From assembly GCA_011048475.1 (NCBI GenBank), contig DSDZ01000059.1, forward strand, positions 1-24,103: a stretch of DNA of 24,103 bases. The letters are read 5' to 3'. The notes below the pieces were generated by a model. The model had not been told where the DNA came from. It was given only the letters and a program-made list of their open reading frames with translations, and ran no database searches. Position numbers and translations under genes: made by a program. This document shows positions 15,850 through 24,103 of this stretch, in pieces. The first letter of the stretch is position 1; each line of letters opens with the position of its first letter. The DNA is from Bacteroides sp. GTDB lineage: Bacteria; Bacteroidota; Bacteroidia; Bacteroidales; GCA-2748055.

Positions 15850-17835
15850 CTATTTGTTGGTATCCCCCAGCGCATTGTTCTGGTAGGTGATCCCGTTCAG
15901 TTCCGGATTTGCGTTGTTTGCCAGGTAGATGCCGTAAGCTCCCGAATGGGAGATCTCGCAGTTGGAAATGAGCGGCACATTGGCAGTGGAGTTCCTGACG
16001 ACCACGTTACCGCTGTTGCTGCTGTACCCCCCGGCATAGGAGATCACGCAGTGGTCGAGGACCGAGCCGTTTCCCGTGCCGCTGTCAAACCAGATCCCGT
16101 CCCAGTCCCCCGGCGCTTCAAAACCTGCCAGGGCGCCCGATGTGAAGGTGATCTGGTTTCCCGGTTCGCCGTCTGCCACCAGGACGCCGAATGTACCGGA
16201 CCTGTATCCCACGTAGAGCTGCGATCCTTCGGAGAACTTCACCGTGGTCCCGGGGTCGATGGTGAGCCTGGACCCCGTGGCGCTTCCGATATAGAGGGTC
16301 CCGTCAATAAGGTACGGGATATTTTGCCTGTGCCAAGTGACGTCGGACTGTTCAAGGTCGTCACCCTTGACCAGGATCGATGTCCCGGTTTCGAACGTAT
16401 TGCCCGGTCCGATCGTATGGACAAAATTCCCGTAGATCTCGACCGGCACCGTCGCATTGTTCCCCAACGAGTTATCCGAGAAACTGGCGAATGAAGCATC
16501 ATTCCTGAGGGATACCCCCTGGCTCCCGGATAAAGTGACCGAGCAATGGGTCATGGAAATGCGGGAACCATCAACGTGGATCATCCCGTAATTGCCGGAG
16601 TACCCTCCCCCGTATGAAAAATCGCAGTAGGAAAGGGAGGAATTGTTCCCCGCTCCTTCATAAAAAGCCAGGTAATCCCAGTCGCCCGGAGATCTGGCAG
16701 CTTCAGGAGCGGACGAGGTGAATACGATGTGCTCCGATTCGGTGCCTTCGGCCACAAGCCGGCCGAATTCGCTGCTGCCGTAACCCACGTGCAAACCTGT
16801 TCCGCTGCCCATCCGGAGTTCCGTCCCGGGCAGCAGGGTAAGGGTGGTCCCGGTGACCGATCCCACATACAGGTCTCCCCCCACCACGTAAGGCGCATCC
16901 AGTTTCTGCCAGGTGGCATCCTCCATTTCAACATCATCTCCTTCCACAAATACCCCCCGTTCGGTGCTGATCTGGTTCCCTTCCCCGATGGTGTGGACAT
17001 AATTTCCGTATATATTGATGGGGTGGGTTGCAATGTCAGACAGGGTATTTCCTGTGAAGGACCGGAACCATCCGTCATTGGTCAGGCCGAGCCCCACCGT
17101 GGAAGAATTCCTGATGGTGCAGTTGTCGATGGACACGGATGTGCCGTCAATGTAGACTTCCCCGTATTTCTGACTGTATCCCCCGCCGTATTCCACAATG
17201 CAGTACTGCATGGACGAGTTGGAAGATGCTCCCGCATAGAACCCGATGAAGTTCCAGTCACCGGGCGATTGATTGGCTGCCGCGGAGGTAAAGGTGATCG
17301 GTTTCTCTGCGGTTCCGTTGGCGATCAGGACCGCCCCTGCGGAATTGCTGCTGTTTCCTATGTAAAGCCCCCTGCCGGCAGCGAAGCGGATCACTGCACC
17401 GGGTTCGATGGTGAGGATGGCACCGCTTACCGAGACGTCGGAGGTGATCAGGTGCATTCCTTCAGGCCAGGTCTCATCCTCCACGATGTTCCCCGAATGC
17501 TCATACACCTCCGGGGCCGTCACGGTCACTGAAACGCTGAGCTGATCGGTGTCTCCCTCCGGACCGGTGACAGTGAGGGTTACCGTGTAGGATCCCGCTG
17601 CATCGAATGTGTACTGGGGATTGGGATCCTCGGAAGTCCCCTCCTCTCCGAATTCCCAGAAATAGGACAGCGCATTCGAGGAGCAGAAGCTGTTAAAAAT
17701 AACAGGTGTTCCGGCAACGATCGCATCCGGAGCCGTGAAGCACGCGTCCGGCGAATCCGGGTTCTGTTTTTCGCATGACGTGATCAGCAATGCGGTTGCG
17801 AAAGTGGCTGTGATGATCTTGGGCAAATTTTTCAT
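15850..17835 (-). CDS. Lipoprotein with PKD domain and tandem right-handed parallel beta-helix repeats
   Basis: 661 aa. Lipobox LITSC (C21); PKD domain about aa 30-107 (SYFWEFG, YTFDAAGSYTVTLTVT); then repeats rich in LTIxPG, ITFTS, PGDW and YGGGYS. Confidence 0.8.
   Translation of the reverse strand: MKNLPKIITATFATALLITSCEKQNPDSPDACFTAPDAIVAGTPVIFNSFCSSNALSYFWEFGEEGTSEDPNPQYTFDAAGSYTVTLTVTGPEGDTDQLSVSVTVTAPEVYEHSGNIVEDETWPEGMHLITSDVSVSGAILTIEPGAVIRFAAGRGLYIGNSSNSAGAVLIANGTAEKPITFTSAAANQSPGDWNFIGFYAGASSNSSMQYCIVEYGGGYSQKYGEVYIDGTSVSIDNCTIRNSSTVGLGLTNDGWFRSFTGNTLSDIATHPINIYGNYVHTIGEGNQISTERGVFVEGDDVEMEDATWQKLDAPYVVGGDLYVGSVTGTTLTLLPGTELRMGSGTGLHVGYGSSEFGRLVAEGTESEHIVFTSSAPEAARSPGDWDYLAFYEGAGNNSSLSYCDFSYGGGYSGNYGMIHVDGSRISMTHCSVTLSGSQGVSLRNDASFASFSDNSLGNNATVPVEIYGNFVHTIGPGNTFETGTSILVKGDDLEQSDVTWHRQNIPYLIDGTLYIGSATGSRLTIDPGTTVKFSEGSQLYVGYRSGTFGVLVADGEPGNQITFTSGALAGFEAPGDWDGIWFDSGTGNGSVLDHCVISYAGGYSSNSGNVVVRNSTANVPLISNCEISHSGAYGIYLANNANPELNGITYQNNALGDTNK
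15853..17484 (-). repeat. Intragenic tandem repeat, about 2.8 copies of a 192-aa (576-nt) unit
   Basis: PGDW at aa 191/383/575 (nt 17254-17265, 16678-16689, 16102-16113); Y[GA]GGYS at 216/408/600; YGN[YF]VHTIG at 276/468. Confidence 0.9.
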
Positions 17836-17989
17836 ACCAGATGTAATTAATTAATAATCTGCAAATAAAGCATATTTAAATATATTTGGATCCTTTTTTC
17901 TTCTTTATTTTATAAAGCAGTCGTTTTCCTTGATGAGAAGGCGCTGCCGCTTGATGGAATGAATCATTCCCGGATTCTAATTTAAATTC

Positions 17990-17997
17990 TATCTTTG
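17990..17997 (+). promoter_or_regulatory. Bacteroidota -7 promoter element for the kdgA-TRAP-xylBA operon
   Basis: TATCTTTG is a perfect TAnnTTTG, 47 nt before ATG 18045. A second match, TATATTTG, lies at 17881-17888. Confidence 0.55.
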
Positions 17998-18020
17998 TCA
18001 GATTATCGTTAGTTTTGAAG

Positions 18021-18034
18021 GTGCAATCGATTGT
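18021..18034. promoter_or_regulatory. Second copy of the lacI-2-type operator
   Basis: GTGCAATCGATTGT is identical to 11494-11507 and lies between the -7 box and the kdgA ATG, a repressor position. Confidence 0.72.
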
Positions 18035-18044
18035 GCAAACGACC

Positions 18045-18707
18045 ATGAAAAGAATTGATGTGGCCTTGAAAATGAGGGAAATCGGTGTGGTTCCCCTGTT
18101 CTACCATCCTGACATCGAGGTCTGCAAAAAAGTAATTGCCGCGTGTTACAGGGGAGGCATGACCCTCTTCGAATTCACCAACCGGGGCGATCATGCCCAT
18201 GAGACCTTCTCGGAACTTGTCAGGTGGGCCAAACAGCAGATGCCCGACCTGGTGATGGGCATCGGTTCGGTGGTGGACCCCGGCACATGCTCGCTGTACA
18301 TCCAGCTGGGGGCAAAATTCATCGTCTCTCCCCTGCTCAACGAAGAGATGGGCAGGATATGCAACCGCAGGAAAGTATTATGGATCCCCGGCTGCGCCAC
18401 GGCATCTGAGATCAGCCGGGCGGAGGAAGCCGGGGCGGAGATCATCAAGATATTCCCCGGTTCCACCGTGGGAGGTCCTGCATTTGTAAAAGCCTACCTG
18501 GGGCCCTGTCCGTGGTCAAATCTCATGCCGTCAGGCGGTGTGTCACCCACCAGGGAAAACCTCACGGAATGGTTCAGTGCAGGGGTTTTTGCTGTGGGGA
18601 TGGGTTCCCGGCTGATCACCAGAGAGATCCTTACGGAACAGAATTACAGGAAACTGGAAGAAGCCGCAAGAAATGCGGTGGAGACCATTCAGAAAATCAG
18701 AAGTTAA
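18045..18707 (+). CDS. kdgA: KDPG/KHG aldolase
   Basis: Start reassigned to ATG 18045 (220 aa). GVVPLFY, FEFTNRG, GAKFIVSP, WIPGCAT, KIFPG (Schiff-base Lys), MPSGGV. Confidence 0.92.
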   Translation: MKRIDVALKMREIGVVPLFYHPDIEVCKKVIAACYRGGMTLFEFTNRGDHAHETFSELVRWAKQQMPDLVMGIGSVVDPGTCSLYIQLGAKFIVSPLLNEEMGRICNRRKVLWIPGCATASEISRAEEAGAEIIKIFPGSTVGGPAFVKAYLGPCPWSNLMPSGGVSPTRENLTEWFSAGVFAVGMGSRLITREILTEQNYRKLEEAARNAVETIQKIRS

Positions 18708-18720
18708 ATTCCCATTTTGC

Positions 18721-19752
18721 ATGAAGATCAGAACCTGCCTTTACCTGACCCTGCTGATCCTGCCGCTGATGGGCTGCCGGAACCAGCAAGAAGGCCGGGT
18801 GCTTAAACTGGCCCACGGGCTGGATCCTTCCCATCCCGTTCACCATGCCATGGAGTTCATGGCAGACCGCTGCAAGGAGATATCCGGCGAGCAACTGACC
18901 CTCGAGATCTACCCGAGCGGACAGCTGGGCTCCGAACAACAGTGCGTGGAACTTCTGCAGATCGGCAGCCTTGCCATTACAAAAGTGTCCTCCGCGGTCA
19001 TGGAGAGTTTCACGGAAGACTTCCAGGTGTTCGGGCTCCCATATATTTTCAGGTCCCGGGAACACTATTTCAAGGTGCTTGACAGCGAGATCGGTGATGA
19101 TATCCTGCGGAGCGCGGAGCCATACTGGATCAGGGGGCTCTGCTTCTATGATGCGGGCAGCCGCAGCTTCTACACCATCGACCGGCCCATCAATCACCCG
19201 GATGACCTGAAAGGATTGAAGCTCAGGGTGATGAAGAGCATCACCGCGATGAACATGGTCAAATCCCTGGGAGGCTCCCCCACTCCCATCTCGTGGGGTG
19301 AGCTGTATACGGCACTGCAGAGCGGCGTGGTGGACGGTGCCGAAAACAATCCCCCGAGCTTCTACACAAGCCACCACTATGAGGTATGCAAATTTTTCAG
19401 CCTGAACGAACACACCTCCATCCCCGATGTGCTGATCGTCTCCCTGAAGGTGTGGGAAAAGCTTTCCGACCAGGAAAAAATGTGGCTTCAGCAGGCGGCG
19501 GACGAATCGGTGCAGGTGGAGCGTGAGCTGTGGGCCGAATCGGAAAAGAAGTCCCTTGAAATCGTACAGGAGGAGGGTGTCACCGTGGTCTATCCCGACA
19601 AGGAACCGTTTGCGCGCAAAGTGGAACCCCTTCTTGAGTCTTACAGGGACAACAGGAAGATCTATGACCTGATCACCCGCATCCGGGAAGTGCAGGCGGA
19701 TGAAGAACCAAAAATCACCATAGATGGAAAAGATAGCATACTGGTTGAATAA
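18721..19752 (+). CDS. dctP: TRAP transporter substrate-binding protein (DctP family), lipoprotein
   Basis: 343 aa from ATG 18721. Lipobox LMGC; LKLAHGL, IYPSGQLG, LKGLKLRVM (carboxylate-binding Arg), ELYTALQSGVVDGAENN. Confidence 0.93.
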   Translation: MKIRTCLYLTLLILPLMGCRNQQEGRVLKLAHGLDPSHPVHHAMEFMADRCKEISGEQLTLEIYPSGQLGSEQQCVELLQIGSLAITKVSSAVMESFTEDFQVFGLPYIFRSREHYFKVLDSEIGDDILRSAEPYWIRGLCFYDAGSRSFYTIDRPINHPDDLKGLKLRVMKSITAMNMVKSLGGSPTPISWGELYTALQSGVVDGAENNPPSFYTSHHYEVCKFFSLNEHTSIPDVLIVSLKVWEKLSDQEKMWLQQAADESVQVERELWAESEKKSLEIVQEEGVTVVYPDKEPFARKVEPLLESYRDNRKIYDLITRIREVQADEEPKITIDGKDSILVE

Positions 19753-20197
19753 GATCCTGGAAGCAACACTTGTCATCCTGATGTCCGTACTGGTCATTGA
19801 TGTGCTTTGGCAGGTGATCAGCCGTTACCTGCTGAGTTCTCCCAGCTCCTTCACAGACGAACTGGCAGGATTCCTGCTCATCTGGGTCGGTGTCCTGGGC
19901 GCCGCTTATGTGGCGGGGAGACAGGAGCACCTGGCCATTGATATCCTGGTCCAGCGGTCACCTCCCGGGCGGCAGCGAAAATTGCTCTTTTTCATCCGGT
20001 CGCTGATTTTCCTGTTTGCCCTTTTCGTGATGGTCATCGGCGGGATCGTGCTCATGTACACCCGCTTTTTGCTGGATGTGAAATCGGCAGCCCTTCAGCT
20101 TCCGCTGGGATATGTGTACATCGTGCTACCGCTGAGCGGACTGATCATTATGTTCTATGAAGTGGTGCATCTTAGCGAACTAAAAAAATCCAGATAA
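19724..20197 (+). CDS. dctQ: TRAP transporter small permease
   Basis: 157 aa, four TM segments; QVISRY, TDELA, IWVGVLGAAY, HLAID. Overlaps the dctP end by 29 nt. Confidence 0.92.
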   Translation: MEKIAYWLNKILEATLVILMSVLVIDVLWQVISRYLLSSPSSFTDELAGFLLIWVGVLGAAYVAGRQEHLAIDILVQRSPPGRQRKLLFFIRSLIFLFALFVMVIGGIVLMYTRFLLDVKSAALQLPLGYVYIVLPLSGLIIMFYEVVHLSELKKSR

Positions 20198-20198
20198 C

Positions 20199-21656
20199 AT
20201 GGAAGTACTCGTCCTGGTGCTCTCTTTCGTGATCCTGCTCGCCATCGGCGTTCCCATTGCTTTCAGTATCGGCATCTCGGGCATCCTGACCATGCTCATG
20301 TCCATCGATTTCATTCCCGCCTTTACCACATATGCACACCGGATGGCCACCGGGCTGGACAGTTTCGCCCTTCTGGCGATCCCGTTCTTCGTGCTCGCCG
20401 GGTCCATCATGAACAGCGGCGGGATCGCCATGAGGCTGATTGACTTTGCCCGGGTGCTGGTGGGCAGGTTCCCCGCCGGACTGGCATTTGTGAATGTGAT
20501 CGCCAACATGCTGTTCGGCGCCATCTCAGGTTCCGCAGCGGCCTCCTCCTCGGCCATCGGGACCATTATGACCCCGGAGATGAAAAAGGAGGGATATGAG
20601 CCCGGATTCAGCGCCGCCGTGAACATCACATCGGCCACGACAGGACTGACCATCCCACCCAGCAATGTGCTGATCGTCTATTCGCTTGCCAGTGGCGGCG
20701 CATCCATCACGGCCCTGTTCCTGGCGGGGTATGTACCGGGAATCATGACCGGTTTCGGGATCATGCTCGTGGCACTGGCCATGGTCGTGTTCAAGAACAG
20801 GGGGATCAGGGGCGTCGTGCGCGTGCTGGGCAAAATCGTCCTGCTGTCCGCCGTGCTCCTGGGGATCGGCATCGGTCTCAAGGCCCTGCATGATCATGCT
20901 TCAGGGCTGATCTTCAAACTCGTCATCTACGCCCTGCTCGGGATCCTGCTTGCCTGGGTGGTATACAAATCCGTGAAACACTGGAAAGGATTCAAATTCG
21001 CATTCCGCAAATTCATTGACGCGGTACCCTCCCTCCTGATGCTGGTCATCGTGATCGGCGGGATCGTGGCCGGGTATTTCACGGCCACCGAGGCCTCCGC
21101 CGTCGCCGTGCTGTATGCCCTGATCCTGGCTTTGATCTACAGGGAGATCACCCTGAAGGATTTGCCAGGGATCATCCTGACCTCCATCAGGACCACCTGC
21201 ATCGTCCTCCTGCTGGTCGCCACCAGCATCGGGATGTCATGGATCATGTCCTACGAGAACATTCCCCAGAGCGTGAGTGCCGGGCTGCTCAACCTGAGCG
21301 ACAACCCGTACATCATCCTGCTGATCATCAACCTGATCCTGCTGTTTGTCGGGATTTTCATGGACATGACGCCCGCCATCCTGATCTTCACCCCCATTTT
21401 CCTGCCGATCGTCACATCCCAGCTGGGGATCGATCCCATCCATTTCGGGATCATCATGGTTCTGAACCTCTGTGTGGGGCTGTGCACGCCCCCGGTGGGA
21501 TCTGTGCTGTTTATCGGTTGCAGCGTGGCCAACCTGAAGATCGAACAGGTCATCAAGCCGCTTCTGCCCATGTTCCTGATCATGATCGTGGTGCTGATGC
21601 TGGTCACTTATATCCCTGCACTCAGCATGTGGATCCCTAATTTACTTATGAAATAG
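20199..21656 (+). CDS. dctM: TRAP transporter large permease (with internal hydrophobic insertion)
   Basis: 485 aa. LLAIPFFVLAG, FGAISGSA, IPPSNVLIVY, FTATEASAV, TPPVGSVL. Confidence 0.94.
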   Translation: MEVLVLVLSFVILLAIGVPIAFSIGISGILTMLMSIDFIPAFTTYAHRMATGLDSFALLAIPFFVLAGSIMNSGGIAMRLIDFARVLVGRFPAGLAFVNVIANMLFGAISGSAAASSSAIGTIMTPEMKKEGYEPGFSAAVNITSATTGLTIPPSNVLIVYSLASGGASITALFLAGYVPGIMTGFGIMLVALAMVVFKNRGIRGVVRVLGKIVLLSAVLLGIGIGLKALHDHASGLIFKLVIYALLGILLAWVVYKSVKHWKGFKFAFRKFIDAVPSLLMLVIVIGGIVAGYFTATEASAVAVLYALILALIYREITLKDLPGIILTSIRTTCIVLLLVATSIGMSWIMSYENIPQSVSAGLLNLSDNPYIILLIINLILLFVGIFMDMTPAILIFTPIFLPIVTSQLGIDPIHFGIIMVLNLCVGLCTPPVGSVLFIGCSVANLKIEQVIKPLLPMFLIMIVVLMLVTYIPALSMWIPNLLMK

Positions 21657-21683
21657 TGACAAACCGTTTAATTGAAATGCCTT

Positions 21684-23186
21684 ATGTACTTATTGGGCTA
21701 TGATGTGGGAAGTTCCTCGGTAAAGGCGAGTCTGGTGGATGCGGATACGGGACGTTGTGCTGCCACCTCCTTTCATCCCAAGAAGGAGATGAAAATCGAT
21801 GCCCCGAGGGCCGGCTGGGCGGAACAGGACCCTGAACAGTGGTGGTCCAACCTGATCCTGGCCACTACCGATGTGCTGCAGTCAGCCGAAATCGATCCTT
21901 CGGCCATCGGAGCCATCGGCATCTCATACCAGATGCACGGACTGGTCATGGTTGACCGGAAGCACCATCTGCTGCGGCCGGCCATCATCTGGTGCGACAG
22001 CAGGGCGGTCCCCTTCGGGGAACATGCCATGCAGGCCATCGGCGAGGAAAAATGCCTTGCCCACCTGCTCAACTCACCGGGAAATTTTACCGCTTCGAAG
22101 CTGAGCTGGGTGATCATGAATGAACCCGGGACCTACGAGAAAGCATATAAAATCATGCTTCCCGGCGATTACATCGCCATGAAGATGACAGGCGAGATCA
22201 ACACCACCATCTCGGGGCTTTCGGAGGGCATCATGTGGGACTTCAGGAACAACTCCATTGCCGATTTTCTGCTGGAATACTACGGCATCCACCGGCACCT
22301 GATCCCGGAGATCGTCCCCACCTTCTCGGAACAGGGCCGGTTGTCGGCCCGGGCCGCGGATGAGCTGGGGCTGGTTCCCGGCATACAGATCTCCTACAGG
22401 GCGGGAGACCAGCCGAACAATGCATTTTCACTCAATGTGCTCAATCCGGGAGAGATCGCAGCCACGGCCGGCACTTCGGGAGTGGTATACGGGGTCAGCG
22501 ACGAGGTGAAATATGATCCCCGGAGCCGGGTTAACACCTTCGCCCATGTGAACCACAGCCAGGAGGTGAACCGCCTGGGCGTCCTGCTGTGCATCAACGG
22601 GTCCGGGATCCAGTATTCCTGGCTCAAGCAGAACCTCTCTGCTCCGGAAATGAATTATCCCGCGCTGAACGACCTCGCCATGGAAGCGCCCGTCGGCTCA
22701 GAGGGCCTGATCATGCTTCCTTTCGGCAACGGGGCGGAACGCATGCTGGGAAATCTGAATGTGGGCGGTACGGTCCGGAACATCAACTTCAATATACACG
22801 GATCACCACACCTGGTCAGGGCCGCCCAGGAAGGGGTTGTGTTTGCCATGCATTATGGAATACAGATCATGAAAGAGATCGGGATCCATCCCAGGGTGAT
22901 CAGGGCGGGACTCTCCAACATGTTCCTGAGCCCTGTTTTCAGGGATACCCTGGCCGGAATCTCCGGCGCCACCATCGAACTATACGATACGGACGGTTCC
23001 GTCGGAGCCGCCAACGGAGCCGGGATCGGATCGGGTACATTCAGCTCTTTTGAAGAAGCTTTTGAGAACCTCAACAAAATGATGGTGGTGGAGCCAGATG
23101 AAAAACATACAGGCAGTTACCAGGAAGCCTACCAGCGCTGGTCGGAGGTCCTCGGGGAATGCCTGGAACATCAACCGGAACCATAA
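21684..23186 (+). CDS. xylB: Xylulokinase (FGGY family)
   Basis: Start reassigned to ATG 21684 (500 aa). [45 protein letters not shown]; adjacent to xylA. Confidence 0.9.
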   Translation: MYLLGYDVGSSSVKASLVDADTGRCAATSFHPKKEMKIDAPRAGWAEQDPEQWWSNLILATTDVLQSAEIDPSAIGAIGISYQMHGLVMVDRKHHLLRPAIIWCDSRAVPFGEHAMQAIGEEKCLAHLLNSPGNFTASKLSWVIMNEPGTYEKAYKIMLPGDYIAMKMTGEINTTISGLSEGIMWDFRNNSIADFLLEYYGIHRHLIPEIVPTFSEQGRLSARAADELGLVPGIQISYRAGDQPNNAFSLNVLNPGEIAATAGTSGVVYGVSDEVKYDPRSRVNTFAHVNHSQEVNRLGVLLCINGSGIQYSWLKQNLSAPEMNYPALNDLAMEAPVGSEGLIMLPFGNGAERMLGNLNVGGTVRNINFNIHGSPHLVRAAQEGVVFAMHYGIQIMKEIGIHPRVIRAGLSNMFLSPVFRDTLAGISGATIELYDTDGSVGAANGAGIGSGTFSSFEEAFENLNKMMVVEPDEKHTGSYQEAYQRWSEVLGECLEHQPEP

Positions 23187-23197
23187 ATTTCAAGAAA

Positions 23198-24103
23198 ATG
23201 GAATATTTAAAAGGAAACAAAGAGTACTTCCCGGGAATCGGGAGGATCAGATTTGAAGGCAGGGAATCGGACAATCCGCTGGCCTTCAAGTTCTATGATG
23301 AAAACAAGGTGATTGCCGGCAAGAGCATGAAAGAGCATCTGCGCTTTGCTGTTGCCTACTGGCACACTTTCTGCGGAACGGGACTGGATCCGTTTGGTCC
23401 GGGTACAAAGGACTTTCCCTGGGACAGGGGTAAAACCGACCTGGACAGGGCAAAGGATAAGATGGATGCAGCTTTCGAGTTCATCACCAAACTGGGAATG
23501 CCCTATTTCTGCTTCCACGATGTGGACCTGGTAGCCGAAGGGGATTCGGTACGGGAATACGAATCCAACCTCTCCGCCATGGTGGATTATGCCAGGCAGA
23601 AAATGGCCGATTCGGGTGTCAAATTGCTGTGGGGGACCGCCAATGTCTTTGGCAACCCGAGGTATATGAACGGGGCGGCCACCAATCCGGATTTCAAAGT
23701 ACTGCCCTGGGTGGCCACCCAGGTGAAGAACGCCCTGGATGCCACCATCGCCCTGGGCGGAGAGAACTATGTTTTCTGGGGAGGTCGTGAAGGGTATATG
23801 ACATTGCTGAACACCCAGATGAAGCGCGAGCAGGAACACCTGGCCCAGTTCCACATGGCCAGGGATTATGCCCGCAGCAACGGATTCAACGGTCCGTTCC
23901 TCATCGAGCCCAAGCCCATGGAACCCACCAAGCACCAGTATGACTACGATGCGGCCACGGTGGTGGGGTTCCTGAACAAGTATGGTCTGGAAGGGGATTT
24001 CAAACTGAATATCGAGGTGAACCATGCCACCCTGGCCGGACACACTTTCCAGCATGAACTGCAGGTAGCGGTGGACAATGACCTCTTCTGCAGCATTGAT
24101 GCA
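23198..24103 (+). CDS. xylA: Xylose isomerase (class II); 3' end truncated by window edge
   Basis: Hand translation from ATG 23198, open to the end (302 codons): [86 protein letters not shown]. Confidence 0.96.
   Translation, partial: MEYLKGNKEYFPGIGRIRFEGRESDNPLAFKFYDENKVIAGKSMKEHLRFAVAYWHTFCGTGLDPFGPGTKDFPWDRGKTDLDRAKDKMDAAFEFITKLGMPYFCFHDVDLVAEGDSVREYESNLSAMVDYARQKMADSGVKLLWGTANVFGNPRYMNGAATNPDFKVLPWVATQVKNALDATIALGGENYVFWGGREGYMTLLNTQMKREQEHLAQFHMARDYARSNGFNGPFLIEPKPMEPTKHQYDYDAATVVGFLNKYGLEGDFKLNIEVNHATLAGHTFQHELQVAVDNDLFCSIDA

Noticed and set aside
17844-17883. AT-only palindromes TAATTAATTA and ATATTTAAATAT upstream of the beta-helix gene
   Set aside because: Low-complexity AT-rich promoter DNA where such symmetry is expected.
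19700-19752. Mini-ORF MKNQKSP* in frame just before dctQ, and the 29-nt dctP/dctQ overlap
   Set aside because: Lies within the dctP coding region; short overlaps are common in operons and nothing supports a regulatory role.
1-24103. Search for rRNA, tRNA, CRISPR arrays, transposases, integrases and large compositional shifts
   Set aside because: None seen by eye. The window is almost fully covered by protein genes with uniform-looking codon style; small ncRNAs cannot be excluded without a covariance-model search.

Overview
High-GC Bacteroidota (probably Bacteroidales-like) chromosomal window devoted to uronic-acid and pentose catabolism. The lineage call rests on TAnnTTTG promoters, lipoprotein signal peptides and Bacteroidota-type DUFs. 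Layout: (1) a minus-strand operon lacI-1 > uxuB > LarA/DUF2088-family epimerase > pdxB (partial), divergent from uxaE-uxaC; (2) an apparently unrelated block encoding a DUF5686 outer-membrane-type protein, an S41-like peptidase and a YhhN-family protein; (3) lacI-2 > kduI > kdgF > kduD > DUF4861 lipoprotein; (4) a convergent PKD plus triple beta-helix lipoprotein; (5) kdgA > TRAP dctPQM > xylB > xylA (partial). pdxB (1..705) and xylA (23198..24103) are cut by the window edges and are missing from the ORF track; I translated them by hand. Most interesting: a candidate dehydratase-free hexuronate route (UxaC/UxaE/UxuB then a nickel-pincer LarA-type mannonate/gluconate 2-epimerase); two LacI regulators with distinct readable operators, one apparently placing xylose genes under a uronate-type operator; a lipoprotein with an exact 192-aa internal period; and a DctM with about two extra transmembrane helices. 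I saw no rRNA, tRNA, CRISPR or mobile element. All functional calls are from motif recognition, not database searches.
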